64,000 bases of DNA from Candidatus Uhrbacteria bacterium (GTDB lineage Bacteria; Patescibacteriota; Patescibacteriia; UBA9934; GWF2-40-263). Positions within the stretch are counted from its first letter, which is position 1. Each line of letters starts with the position of its first letter. Both the position numbers and the translations under genes were made by a program. Under the pieces are notes generated by a model, which did no database searches, was not told the origin of the DNA, and was given only the letters and a program-made list of their open reading frames with translations. The DNA is taken from assembly GCA_023246355.1 (NCBI GenBank), contig JAHFIQ010000005.1, positions 3,086 to 67,085 of the forward strand. Reading direction: 5' to 3'. Of this stretch, positions 17,318-26,257 are shown piece by piece.

Positions 17318-19726
17318 ATGCGTTCGCACTTCCTCTGTATCTGTATCCTGGCCCTCACGGGCTGTCCGACCTTCGAGGTCCAGCGAGATCCGGACGTGAC
17401 CGTCCTGCCGGTCGATCAAGACATCGACAACGACGGCGTCAGCATGGACATCGACTGCGACGACAGCGACGCGTCGATCGGTGGCCCCACGGCCTGGTAC
17501 CTCGATCTCGACGGCGATTCCTTCGGCGACAGCAACGTCTCCGAAGACGCTTGCGAGGCGTGGGATCGGTACGTGGCGATCGCCGGCGATTGCAACGACC
17601 AGGACGCCGGGATCAACCCCAGCGCGATCGAAGTGTGCGACGACGTCGACAACGACTGCGAAGGCACGATCGACGAAGGCGCAAGCGATGCCACGGCATG
17701 GTTCGCGGATGCGGATCAGGACAGCTACGGCGACGTGGAGAACTACGTCACGGCCTGCGACCAGCCCGATGGCTACATCGGCGACTGGAGCGACTGCGAC
17801 GATGCCAACCCGGCCGTGAACCCCGGCGAGTCCGAGGTCTGCGACGAGATCGACCAGAACTGCAACGGTGAAGTCGACGAGGGTGTGCAGAGCACGTACT
17901 TCGCGGACGTCGACGGCGATTCCTTCGGGGACGCCGAGAGCTCCGCGGACGCGTGTTTGGCGCCCAGTGGCTACGTGGAAGACGCGACCGATTGCAACGA
18001 CGGTGAGGCTTCGGTGAACCCGAGCGCCACCGAAGTGTGCAACGGCATCGACGACGACTGCGAAGGCACGATCGACGAAGGCGCAAGCGATGCCAGCACC
18101 TGGTACAGCGACGTCGATGGCGACGGCTTCGGCGACGTGAACGTGAGCGAGATTTCCTGCGAGGCCTCATCCGGCTTCGTGAGCGATTCCGCGGACTGCA
18201 ACGACACCGACGCCAGCGTGAACCCCTCCGCGATCGAGACCTGCGACAACATCGACAACGATTGCGATGGCGCCGTGGATCCCTCGACCTCCGTGGGCAC
18301 CGGTACCTGGTACGTGGACGACGACAACGACGGCTGGGGCGACAGCTCCGGCACGCCGGTCGTGCAGTGCACCCAGCCCGATGGCTACCTGGCCGATGCG
18401 AGCGATTGCGATGACAGCGACGCCACGGTGAACCCGAGTGGGACCGAGGTGTGCGACGGCATCGACAACAACTGCGACGGGTCCACGGATCCGGACGACA
18501 GCGCGGACGTCAGCACCTGGTACGCGGATCTGGACGGCGATGCCTTCGGGAATGCGAGCGTGAGCTCGGTTTCCTGCGAGGCCGACCCCGGGTTCGTGGC
18601 CGATGCGACCGATTGCGACGACACGGAGTCCTCGGTGAACCCGAGCGCCACCGAAGTCTGCAACGAGGTCGACGACGACTGCGACAGCGCGGTCGACGAG
18701 GACGTGGAGATCACGTTCTACGGCGACTGGGACAACGACGGGTACGGCAACAGCGCCGTCACCGAGTCGGCGTGCGAAGCCTCGGCAGGCTACGTGAGTG
18801 ATGGGAGCGATTGCGACGACACCAAGTCGGCGGTCAACCCCGGAGCGAGCGAAGTCTGCGACGAGATCGACGACGACTGTGACGGTCTCACCGACGATCA
18901 GGACGACTCTACGGACGAGTCCACGATGTCGGAGTTCTACGCCGACGCCGACGCCGACACCTACGGCGATGCCAGCTCGAGCTATGTCTCGTGCGAAGCG
19001 CCCGATGGCTACGTCGAAGACGCAACGGATTGCGACGACGGTGACGTCGGAAGCTATCCGGACGCGCCCGAGACCTGCGACGGCCTCGACAACGACTGCG
19101 ATGGCAGCGTGGACGAGAACCTCTACTCCGATTGGTACGAGGATCTCGACGGTGACCTGTTCGGCGCCGGAGCGGTGGTCAGCGTGATCTGCAACGGTTC
19201 CACCGGGAACCTCGTGGACAACGCGGACGATTGCGACGACAACGAATCGGGAACCAACCCGGACGCGACCGAGGTGTGCGACGAGATCGACAACAACTGC
19301 GACGGCGACGTCGACGAAGGTGTCGAGACGACGTACTACCAGGATGCGGACGGCGACAGCTACGGCGATGCGTCCACCAGCGACGATGCCTGCGAAGCGC
19401 CCAGCGGGTACGTGGAGGATTCCACGGACTGCGACGACGCCGATGCGAGCGTGAATCCCGGTGTGGCCGAGATCGATGCCAATGGCATCGACGACGACTG
19501 CGACGGGGGAATCGACGACGAGGGCATCTATTGCTGCCTGGACAACGACAGCGATGGCTACGGCGATCCCTCGTACTGCGAGTACGAAGGCACCGGGGTC
19601 TGCGACAGCGGCTACGTCGAAGGCGATGGCGACTGCGAAGATCACAACTACGCGGTTCACCCTCTCAGCCTGGACATTCCCGGCGACGGTGAGGATTCCG
19701 ACTGCGACGGCGATACCGAAGGCTAG
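17318..19726 (+). CDS. Lipoprotein made of about 12 tandem MopE-related repeats
   Basis: Lipobox LTGC; unit [WF]YxDxDGDG[FY]G...C..P.GYV....DCDD...VNP.A.EVC..IDD[DN]CDG; AGGAG RBS. Confidence 0.92.
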   Translation: MRSHFLCICILALTGCPTFEVQRDPDVTVLPVDQDIDNDGVSMDIDCDDSDASIGGPTAWYLDLDGDSFGDSNVSEDACEAWDRYVAIAGDCNDQDAGINPSAIEVCDDVDNDCEGTIDEGASDATAWFADADQDSYGDVENYVTACDQPDGYIGDWSDCDDANPAVNPGESEVCDEIDQNCNGEVDEGVQSTYFADVDGDSFGDAESSADACLAPSGYVEDATDCNDGEASVNPSATEVCNGIDDDCEGTIDEGASDASTWYSDVDGDGFGDVNVSEISCEASSGFVSDSADCNDTDASVNPSAIETCDNIDNDCDGAVDPSTSVGTGTWYVDDDNDGWGDSSGTPVVQCTQPDGYLADASDCDDSDATVNPSGTEVCDGIDNNCDGSTDPDDSADVSTWYADLDGDAFGNASVSSVSCEADPGFVADATDCDDTESSVNPSATEVCNEVDDDCDSAVDEDVEITFYGDWDNDGYGNSAVTESACEASAGYVSDGSDCDDTKSAVNPGASEVCDEIDDDCDGLTDDQDDSTDESTMSEFYADADADTYGDASSSYVSCEAPDGYVEDATDCDDGDVGSYPDAPETCDGLDNDCDGSVDENLYSDWYEDLDGDLFGAGAVVSVICNGSTGNLVDNADDCDDNESGTNPDATEVCDEIDNNCDGDVDEGVETTYYQDADGDSYGDASTSDDACEAPSGYVEDSTDCDDADASVNPGVAEIDANGIDDDCDGGIDDEGIYCCLDNDSDGYGDPSYCEYEGTGVCDSGYVEGDGDCEDHNYAVHPLSLDIPGDGEDSDCDGDTEG

Positions 19727-19744
19727 GTCTTCACGACCAACGAC

Positions 19745-19777
19745 CCGACTCAGCACTGCTGGGTCGGTTTTCTATTT
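19745..19777 (+). terminator. Rho-independent terminator
   Basis: CCGACTCAGC/GCTGGGTCGG stem followed by TTTTCTATTT. Confidence 0.65.
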
Positions 19778-19847
19778 GTGACGATCGCAAAAAGTTTTTA
19801 GAAAATTTGCGATCGCAAAAAATTTTTCCGCCGTTTGCGATCGTCAC
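19778..19847. repeat. Symmetric triple CGATCG array (candidate operator)
   Basis: GTGACGATCGCAAA ... TTTGCGATCGCAAA ... TTTGCGATCGTCAC, cores 28 bp apart. Confidence 0.7.
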
Positions 19848-19994
19848 CTTTAGCCTGTTTGGCTAAAATAAGCTAAGAAAGTTTGTTTGCTTGGGGATAG
19901 AAGGCTTGACAGTTCTTCGGTATTCAGGCAATCTTCCAACCTCCACCAGCGCCGGCGGGATCCTCCGTTTGTGACTGGTTGAGGCCACCTCCCC

Positions 19995-22211
19995 ATGGAG
20001 AGCAACGTGAACCGATGTCTTTGGGCCCTTTGGGCCTGTGTACTGTTTTTCCTGGCAGGATGCCAGGGCTTCAACACCGCAACCGACGAGTCCTACGACA
20101 AGCAGGCAGCCTCCCGCGGCACCGGCCCGGACGATGACGGCGACGGCTACGGCGCGGTCCTCGACTGCGACGACACCGACGAGGACGTCAATCCCGGCGC
20201 CAACGAAGATCCCAGCAACGAGATCGACGACGACTGCGATGGCGCCACGGACTGCGACGACAACTCGGCCGACCTCACCGAGTCGTGCTACGACGGCGAT
20301 GACGATGGCGACTGCGCGGACACCAACGGCGACGGCGAGATCGACGTGGTCTTCCTGTGCAACGTCGACAACGACGAGAACGCAGCCACGATCGCGGCGC
20401 AGACCGGCGGCGATGCAGATCTCATCCAGAACTACATCGAGGTCGAGTACGAGGGTGACTCGGTTTCGGGCTACACCCTGCCCGATCCCGACTGCAACGA
20501 CGACAACGCGGATGTGAACCCCTCGGCCTCCGAGGTGTGCAACGGCGTGGACGACGATTGCAACGACCAGGTCGACGACGGCGTTTCGACTCCCACCGCG
20601 TTCTACGCGGATGCGGACGAGGACGGCTTCGGCGATGCGGACAGCTCGGTCACCGAGTGCGAGATGCCCTCGGGCTACGTCTCGGACTGGACCGACTGCG
20701 ACGATACCAACGCGGCGATCAATCCCGATGCGATCGAAGTCTGCGACGACGGTGACGTCGACGAAGACTGTGATGGTTCGGACGATGGTTCGGATGCGAT
20801 CGGCATGACCGACTGGTACCTCGACGCGGACGACGACTCGTACGGTGATGTCTACGTTTCCACCTCGTGCGACAACCCGTCCAGCGAAGTGCTCGTGGAC
20901 AACAGCGACGATTGCGACGACGACAACGCCGACGTGAATCCGGAAGCGATCGAGGTCTGCAACGGCTTCGACGATGACTGTGACGACATGATCGACGACG
21001 AGGACGACTCCACGGACGAGTCCACGATGACCGATTGGTACGTCGACAGTGATGTGGATGGTTACGGCAGCAGTGCCACCAGTACCACCCAGGCGTGCGA
21101 CATGCCATCGGGCTACGTCAGCAATGCCACCGACTGCAACGACTCGGCCCCCGGAATCAACCCCGCTGCCACCGAGATCTGCGACAGTGCGAACGTGGAC
21201 GAGGACTGCGACGGGCTGAGCGACAATCTGGATTCCTCTGCATCCAGTTCCGGCAAGAGCACGTTCTACGCGGACGTCGATCTCGACGGCTACGGGAACT
21301 CGGCTTCCACCAGCAGTGCCTGCGACGCCTCTACCGGCTGGGTCACGAATTCCACCGATTGCAACGACGCGGACGCGACGGCTTACCCCGGCGCTACCGA
21401 ATCGTGTGACGGTGTGGACGACGACTGCGACGGTACGGCCGACGACGGCGTGGAGACCACGTTCTACGCGGACACGGATGATGATGGTCGTGGCAATGCC
21501 AGCTCGACCGAGTCCGCCTGCGAAGCCTCCACGGGCTACGTGAGCAACTCGGACGACTGCGATGACACGGACGAGACCGTCTACTTGAACGCCGACGAGC
21601 TGTGCGACGACCAGGACAACGACTGCGACAGTGATGTCGACGAAGCGGCGGTCGATCAGACCACCTGGTCGCGCGATCGTGACGGAGACGGCTACGGAAA
21701 CCCCGATGCCGCGACCTTCACGAGCTGCGATGCGCCCGGCGGGTACGTGGAGACGAGCGGCGACTGCGATGACACGGACGAGGACGTCAATCCGGCGGCC
21801 ACGGAAGTGTTCAACGAGTACGACGACGACTGCGACGACCTGATCGACGAGAACACGAGCTGCATCACGGTGATCGAGATCTTGAACGATGGCGGTGAAG
21901 CCACGACGATTTCGGCGATCGTGAGCGACGACTCGACGCTCGACGGCGAGTGGTATCCGGGCGGCGTCCCCGGTGTGTCGGTGGTCGCGACCTCCTTGGG
22001 AGGCGACGACTGGGACTACGAGAGCACCATGGATCTGTGCATCGGGAGCTCCGGCTACGTGATCATCCACGCCGAGTTCGAGGACGGTTCCTCGCTGTGC
22101 GAGAGCATGGCGGCGACCGGCCTCGTCTACGGGACCATGGATGACATCGATCTGGACGCGGTCGCCTACGACAACCTCGACGGCACCTGCGACACGATCC
22201 TCACGCGCTAG
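19995..22211 (+). CDS. Lipoprotein with about 8-9 MopE-related repeats and a C-terminal beta domain
   Basis: Lipobox LAGC; same Cys/Asp repeat unit. Confidence 0.9.
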   Translation: MESNVNRCLWALWACVLFFLAGCQGFNTATDESYDKQAASRGTGPDDDGDGYGAVLDCDDTDEDVNPGANEDPSNEIDDDCDGATDCDDNSADLTESCYDGDDDGDCADTNGDGEIDVVFLCNVDNDENAATIAAQTGGDADLIQNYIEVEYEGDSVSGYTLPDPDCNDDNADVNPSASEVCNGVDDDCNDQVDDGVSTPTAFYADADEDGFGDADSSVTECEMPSGYVSDWTDCDDTNAAINPDAIEVCDDGDVDEDCDGSDDGSDAIGMTDWYLDADDDSYGDVYVSTSCDNPSSEVLVDNSDDCDDDNADVNPEAIEVCNGFDDDCDDMIDDEDDSTDESTMTDWYVDSDVDGYGSSATSTTQACDMPSGYVSNATDCNDSAPGINPAATEICDSANVDEDCDGLSDNLDSSASSSGKSTFYADVDLDGYGNSASTSSACDASTGWVTNSTDCNDADATAYPGATESCDGVDDDCDGTADDGVETTFYADTDDDGRGNASSTESACEASTGYVSNSDDCDDTDETVYLNADELCDDQDNDCDSDVDEAAVDQTTWSRDRDGDGYGNPDAATFTSCDAPGGYVETSGDCDDTDEDVNPAATEVFNEYDDDCDDLIDENTSCITVIEILNDGGEATTISAIVSDDSTLDGEWYPGGVPGVSVVATSLGGDDWDYESTMDLCIGSSGYVIIHAEFEDGSSLCESMAATGLVYGTMDDIDLDAVAYDNLDGTCDTILTR

Positions 22212-22282
22212 CGACAGCTGCGGCTACATCAAATCTTCTTCGGAAGAGATGATCGTAGCCGCTTTTATGTTACAATTACACC

Positions 22283-23809
22283 ATGATCAACCTGCGTACG
22301 GTTTACAAACGTGCCGAAGAGCATACCGCGTGGTTTGCGGTTGGATTGTTTGCGCTGCTTACGTTGCTCATCGTGTTGCAGTCTGTTTTTTCTCCAGCAC
22401 TTGTGCTCTCTGGTGTTATCGTGGCCATTGTCTTGGTGGTTACATGTCTGCGTCCTGAACTCGCCCTTGGGCTGCTCGCGGTCTATCTCCCGTTTGAGTC
22501 CGTGTTGCTCAAGTTTGTTCCTGATGACATTTATTTCTTTGCACGCTACGGATCCGAGGCGCTTATTTATTTGGTCGCGGCCGTGGTTTTTTGGAGGATT
22601 TTCTCAGGGAAGCAAGCCTATCGCGCCACACGTTTCGATTTGCCCTTTCTTTTGTTCCTGGCTGTGCTTCTTGCCTCAACGCTCGTGAACCTTGTCTCAC
22701 CGACGGTTGCGATTCTCGGCGCGCGGCAGATTTTGCGATTCATGATCGTGTTTTTTCTTGTGGTGCAAATAGCGCCATCGAAAGCCTTCATCAAAAAACT
22801 GACCTGGATTCTGTTTGGCATTGTCGTGTTTCAGTCAGTGCTCGGAATCGCGCAGTCCGTGATCGGTGAGCCGCTGGATCAGTTGCTTCTCCCTTCCGAA
22901 GATCGTGCGCTGGGAAGCCTTGTGCTCACAGAAGGAGTCGAACAATTTTGGGATCCAGGATCGCGTGTGTTTGCCACGCTTGGTCGCTACGACCGTCTGG
23001 GAAATTTCCTGTACATTTTTCTATTGCTCGCCACCGGGTTTCTTTTTACAAAACAAATGCGTGAGAAACACACCTGGTTGCCATGGCTTTTTGCGATCGG
23101 CATTCCTGCCATGGTGCTGACGTACTCACGTTCATCTTGGTTTGCCTTTCTGTTTGGGTTCGTTTTGATTGGCCTTCTCATCAAAAAAGACCGGCGTGTT
23201 CTGGCAGGTCTCGGAGCGTTTGTGTTGTTTCTCGGTTTGGTTCTTGGCGGTTCAGGCCTCAACGTGAGTCTCATCACCGAGGCGCCTGGGCAATCCCTCA
23301 CAGAGAGATTTTATGAGAGCTTTAGTTATGCTAGATGGCGAGGGGAGTATTACGGTTTGGGTCGCGTGTTTTGGTTTATTCACACACCGCTCACGGTTGT
23401 GGCTGCTTCGCCGTTTTTGGGATTTGGTCCAGGACAGTTTGGCGGGGGCGCGGCGGCAACTCTGCGCAACACGAGTGTCTACGAAGAACTCGGACTTCCG
23501 TTTGGCGTGTTTGGTACAGAAGGATTCATCGATAACAACTGGTTTTCACTGTGGGGCGAAACAGGAACGCTGGGGATGATTTTTTATGTCTGGTTGTACG
23601 GAGGATTATTTTTCTTTGCCCTGAAGGTCGCACGGGAATCAAAAGATCCGTTCGTGCAATCGATCGCTCTGGGTGTGGCAGCGATTTTGCTTGGTGTGGC
23701 GTTCAACGGTTTTACCTCGACGATTTTGGAGATCCGCACCAGTGCGTTTTATCTCTGGCTGTACGCTGGTTTTTTGTATGTGTTCTATGAAAATCATCCA
23801 AGCCAATAA
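22283..23809 (+). CDS. O-antigen ligase/polymerase (Wzy-like) membrane protein
   Basis: RVFATLG, LTYSRSSW, PFLGFGPGQFG, IDNNWFSLWGETGTLG; many TMs. Confidence 0.87.
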   Translation: MINLRTVYKRAEEHTAWFAVGLFALLTLLIVLQSVFSPALVLSGVIVAIVLVVTCLRPELALGLLAVYLPFESVLLKFVPDDIYFFARYGSEALIYLVAAVVFWRIFSGKQAYRATRFDLPFLLFLAVLLASTLVNLVSPTVAILGARQILRFMIVFFLVVQIAPSKAFIKKLTWILFGIVVFQSVLGIAQSVIGEPLDQLLLPSEDRALGSLVLTEGVEQFWDPGSRVFATLGRYDRLGNFLYIFLLLATGFLFTKQMREKHTWLPWLFAIGIPAMVLTYSRSSWFAFLFGFVLIGLLIKKDRRVLAGLGAFVLFLGLVLGGSGLNVSLITEAPGQSLTERFYESFSYARWRGEYYGLGRVFWFIHTPLTVVAASPFLGFGPGQFGGGAAATLRNTSVYEELGLPFGVFGTEGFIDNNWFSLWGETGTLGMIFYVWLYGGLFFFALKVARESKDPFVQSIALGVAAILLGVAFNGFTSTILEIRTSAFYLWLYAGFLYVFYENHPSQ

Positions 23810-24995
23810 ATTCTACTTCATGCAAGGCGGCGCCGAGCGCTACCTGCTTGATGTTTCATCCTGGCTCGCCTCTCAGAGTCACGAGGTGATTCCGTTTGCC
23901 ATGCAGCATCCGGATAATCTTGAAACGCCGTATCAAAACTATTTTCCATCGTTTGTTCAGACAGGTCGCGTGACAGCCAACTGGCAGGGGATTCGGACGC
24001 TCACACGGATGGTCTATTCCCTGGAAGCGCGCCGCAAGATGGCAACGCTCATCGCTCACACCAAACCCGACCTCGCTCACATCCACAATATTTACACGCA
24101 GCTTTCGCCGTCTATTCTCCACACACTGAAAGATCAGCACGTGCCGGTTGTGATGACGGTTCACGATCATCATCTCATCTCACCGCAGTACAACATTTGG
24201 GCGCACGGTTGTGGTGAGGATTATCGCGATGTGGGACTGGTGCGCGGCACGCTCTCCCGGTTTCACAAAAAATCCATGCTCGCCAGCTTTGCTCAGACAG
24301 CTGTCTACAAATTTCATCGCTTCTTGCAAATCTACGAACGCGGCGTTGATCTCTTTGTCTGTCCATCGCAGTACATGAAACGACAGCTCATCCGTGGCGG
24401 ATTCCCTGAGGAAAAAATTCGGGTGAACCACTTTGGCATTGATGAGAAGGTGTTTACCCCACGCTACGATCATGATCGGTATTTTTTCTATGCCGGGAGA
24501 CTCTCGGAAGAAAAAGGCGTGGAGACGATTATTCGTGCGGCCAAAATCATCGGCGACGTGAAAGTTAAAATTGCTGGCCGTGGACCTCAGAGTGATCGGC
24601 TACATCGTCTGGCTCACGATGTGCCTGGCGTAGAATTTCTCGGGTTTAGATCTCCCGAAGAGCTGAAAGAACTCTATCGCGGTGCGATCGCGGTCCTGCT
24701 CCCATCCCGTGTTCATGAAAATTTTCCTTTGATGGTTTTGGAAGCGCTTGCCTCAGGCAAGCCGGTCATTGCCAGTGATGTTGGCGGTGTGCCTGAAATG
24801 ATCGATGACCGTGTGAATGGATTCCTTGTATCTCCAACAGATGATTTCGGTTGGGTTGAGGCCATGATGCGTCTTGCCATTGACGACCGACTTTGTGAGT
24901 CCATGAGCCGTGCTGCCCGCACCACCGTTGAACATCGGTTCAAACTGGATGATCACTATCGAAGGTTGATGGAGTGTTATCAGGAGGTGATGTAA
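23787..24995 (+). CDS. Glycosyltransferase family 4
   Basis: MKIIQANKFYF.GGAERY, GRLSEEKG, ENFPLMVLEALASGKPVIASDVGG. Confidence 0.93.
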   Translation: MKIIQANKFYFMQGGAERYLLDVSSWLASQSHEVIPFAMQHPDNLETPYQNYFPSFVQTGRVTANWQGIRTLTRMVYSLEARRKMATLIAHTKPDLAHIHNIYTQLSPSILHTLKDQHVPVVMTVHDHHLISPQYNIWAHGCGEDYRDVGLVRGTLSRFHKKSMLASFAQTAVYKFHRFLQIYERGVDLFVCPSQYMKRQLIRGGFPEEKIRVNHFGIDEKVFTPRYDHDRYFFYAGRLSEEKGVETIIRAAKIIGDVKVKIAGRGPQSDRLHRLAHDVPGVEFLGFRSPEELKELYRGAIAVLLPSRVHENFPLMVLEALASGKPVIASDVGGVPEMIDDRVNGFLVSPTDDFGWVEAMMRLAIDDRLCESMSRAARTTVEHRFKLDDHYRRLMECYQEVM

Positions 24996-25027
24996 CCTAA
25001 AACTCCCCATGACAGGGAGTTTTAGGT
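24995..25027. terminator. Bidirectional terminator between convergent genes
   Basis: ACCTAAAACTCCC-7 nt-GGGAGTTTTAGGT. Confidence 0.65.
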
Positions 25028-26176
25028 GGTGCGTTGCGCCAGCTCTGGCTCAAGCCACAGAAGCTCATACAGATACTCGGTCGTCTCCGCAATATCTTTC
25101 CAGTCGTAGGTCTTGGCGATGTACGTCCGTGCCTCAGCACCGACCGCACGCACATGCTCTGGGCTCTCGAGCATCATTTTGAGATGTGTCACGAGGTCCT
25201 TGACGTCTCCGGTTTTAAATGTGAGGCCATGTTCTTTTGTGAGCTCCAGGTTTTCTGGAATATCCGAGGACAGCACACATTTTCCATAGCTCATTTCCTC
25301 TAGGACGGCAATCGGGAGACCTTCTGATTCCGACGGATGCACGGCAGCATAGGCGTTGCCAAACAAGGCATGCAATGTCTCGCCGGTTTGATTTCCTGTG
25401 AGCACGATCGATGGGTCGTCCTGAGCAAGAGTGTGGAGCTCTTTCACGTACGCATCGGTAAACGCCGAGCCTCCCACGATCGCGAGTTTTTTGTTTCCAA
25501 CCAGTTCTGGATTCTGTTGTTTGAGTTTTTTCCAAGCCTTGATGAGCACATGAGCACCCTTGTGAGCCACCAAACGAGCACACATGATGAAGTACTGGTT
25601 TGGCACAAGTCCGAAGACGTCCAAGAGTTTGGGGTCTGGGTCGGTCAGAGGAATCTGTGTGCCGTTTGGAATGTATTTGGCGTCCACGCCGTAGGAAAGT
25701 CTGATGTAGGTTTCCAGCGTCTTTGACACAGAGATGGTCGCGTCTGGAATCATGCACGCCATTCTCTCACCCAGATTCAACATGAGGCGCGCCAACACTC
25801 CCCATTTTTGATGATGGCGATCGATGCAGTGAAACGTCACGACCACTTTTGCCGATGGACGCAAGATTTTTGGAAGCCAGGATAACAGCGCCGGACCCAC
25901 GCCATGGAAGTGATACACGTCTACTTTTTCTCGTGTGGCTTTCAGGATCGAGGTGAAGGTGTGTGTGATCGCGTCCAAGTGCTTGGTGGCAATGCCCCAG
26001 GTCTTGAGACAGTGCACGCCTTTGTAGTCGCGAATCGGCCAGACATACCAGGAACGGCAAAACACGAGGACCTCATGTCCACGTGCGGCCAACTCGACTG
26101 AGAGCTCTTCCACATGCCGTTCAATGCCCCCAGATCGAGCAGGGATTCCCTTTTGCCCAATCATTGCGATTCTCAT
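25022..26176 (-). CDS. Glycosyltransferase family 4
   Basis: MRIAMIGQKGIPARSGGIERHVEEL, EGLPIAVLEEMSYGKCVLSSDIPEN. Confidence 0.93.
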   Translation of the reverse strand: MRIAMIGQKGIPARSGGIERHVEELSVELAARGHEVLVFCRSWYVWPIRDYKGVHCLKTWGIATKHLDAITHTFTSILKATREKVDVYHFHGVGPALLSWLPKILRPSAKVVVTFHCIDRHHQKWGVLARLMLNLGERMACMIPDATISVSKTLETYIRLSYGVDAKYIPNGTQIPLTDPDPKLLDVFGLVPNQYFIMCARLVAHKGAHVLIKAWKKLKQQNPELVGNKKLAIVGGSAFTDAYVKELHTLAQDDPSIVLTGNQTGETLHALFGNAYAAVHPSESEGLPIAVLEEMSYGKCVLSSDIPENLELTKEHGLTFKTGDVKDLVTHLKMMLESPEHVRAVGAEARTYIAKTYDWKDIAETTEYLYELLWLEPELAQRTT

Positions 26177-26187
26177 ATTGACGCTGC

Positions 26188-26216
26188 AGTATAACAAAAA
26201 AAGGCCATTTTGTCAA
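26188..26216 (-). promoter_or_regulatory. Sigma70-type promoter, very short leader
   Basis: TTGACA-17 bp-TATACT on the minus strand, ending 11 nt before the ATG. Confidence 0.7.
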
Positions 26217-26257
26217 TGGTCTCCACCAGAAAAAGGCCTAAAATAGCCTAAAGATTA

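Noticed and set aside
11925-22070. Long minus-strand and alternate-frame ORFs over the GC-rich island (e.g. 11925-13379, 15352-17064, 18167-19756, 19863-22070)
   Set aside because: Shadow ORFs caused by GC3 bias and repetitive Asp codons; the + frames have signal peptides, RBSs and recognisable repeats
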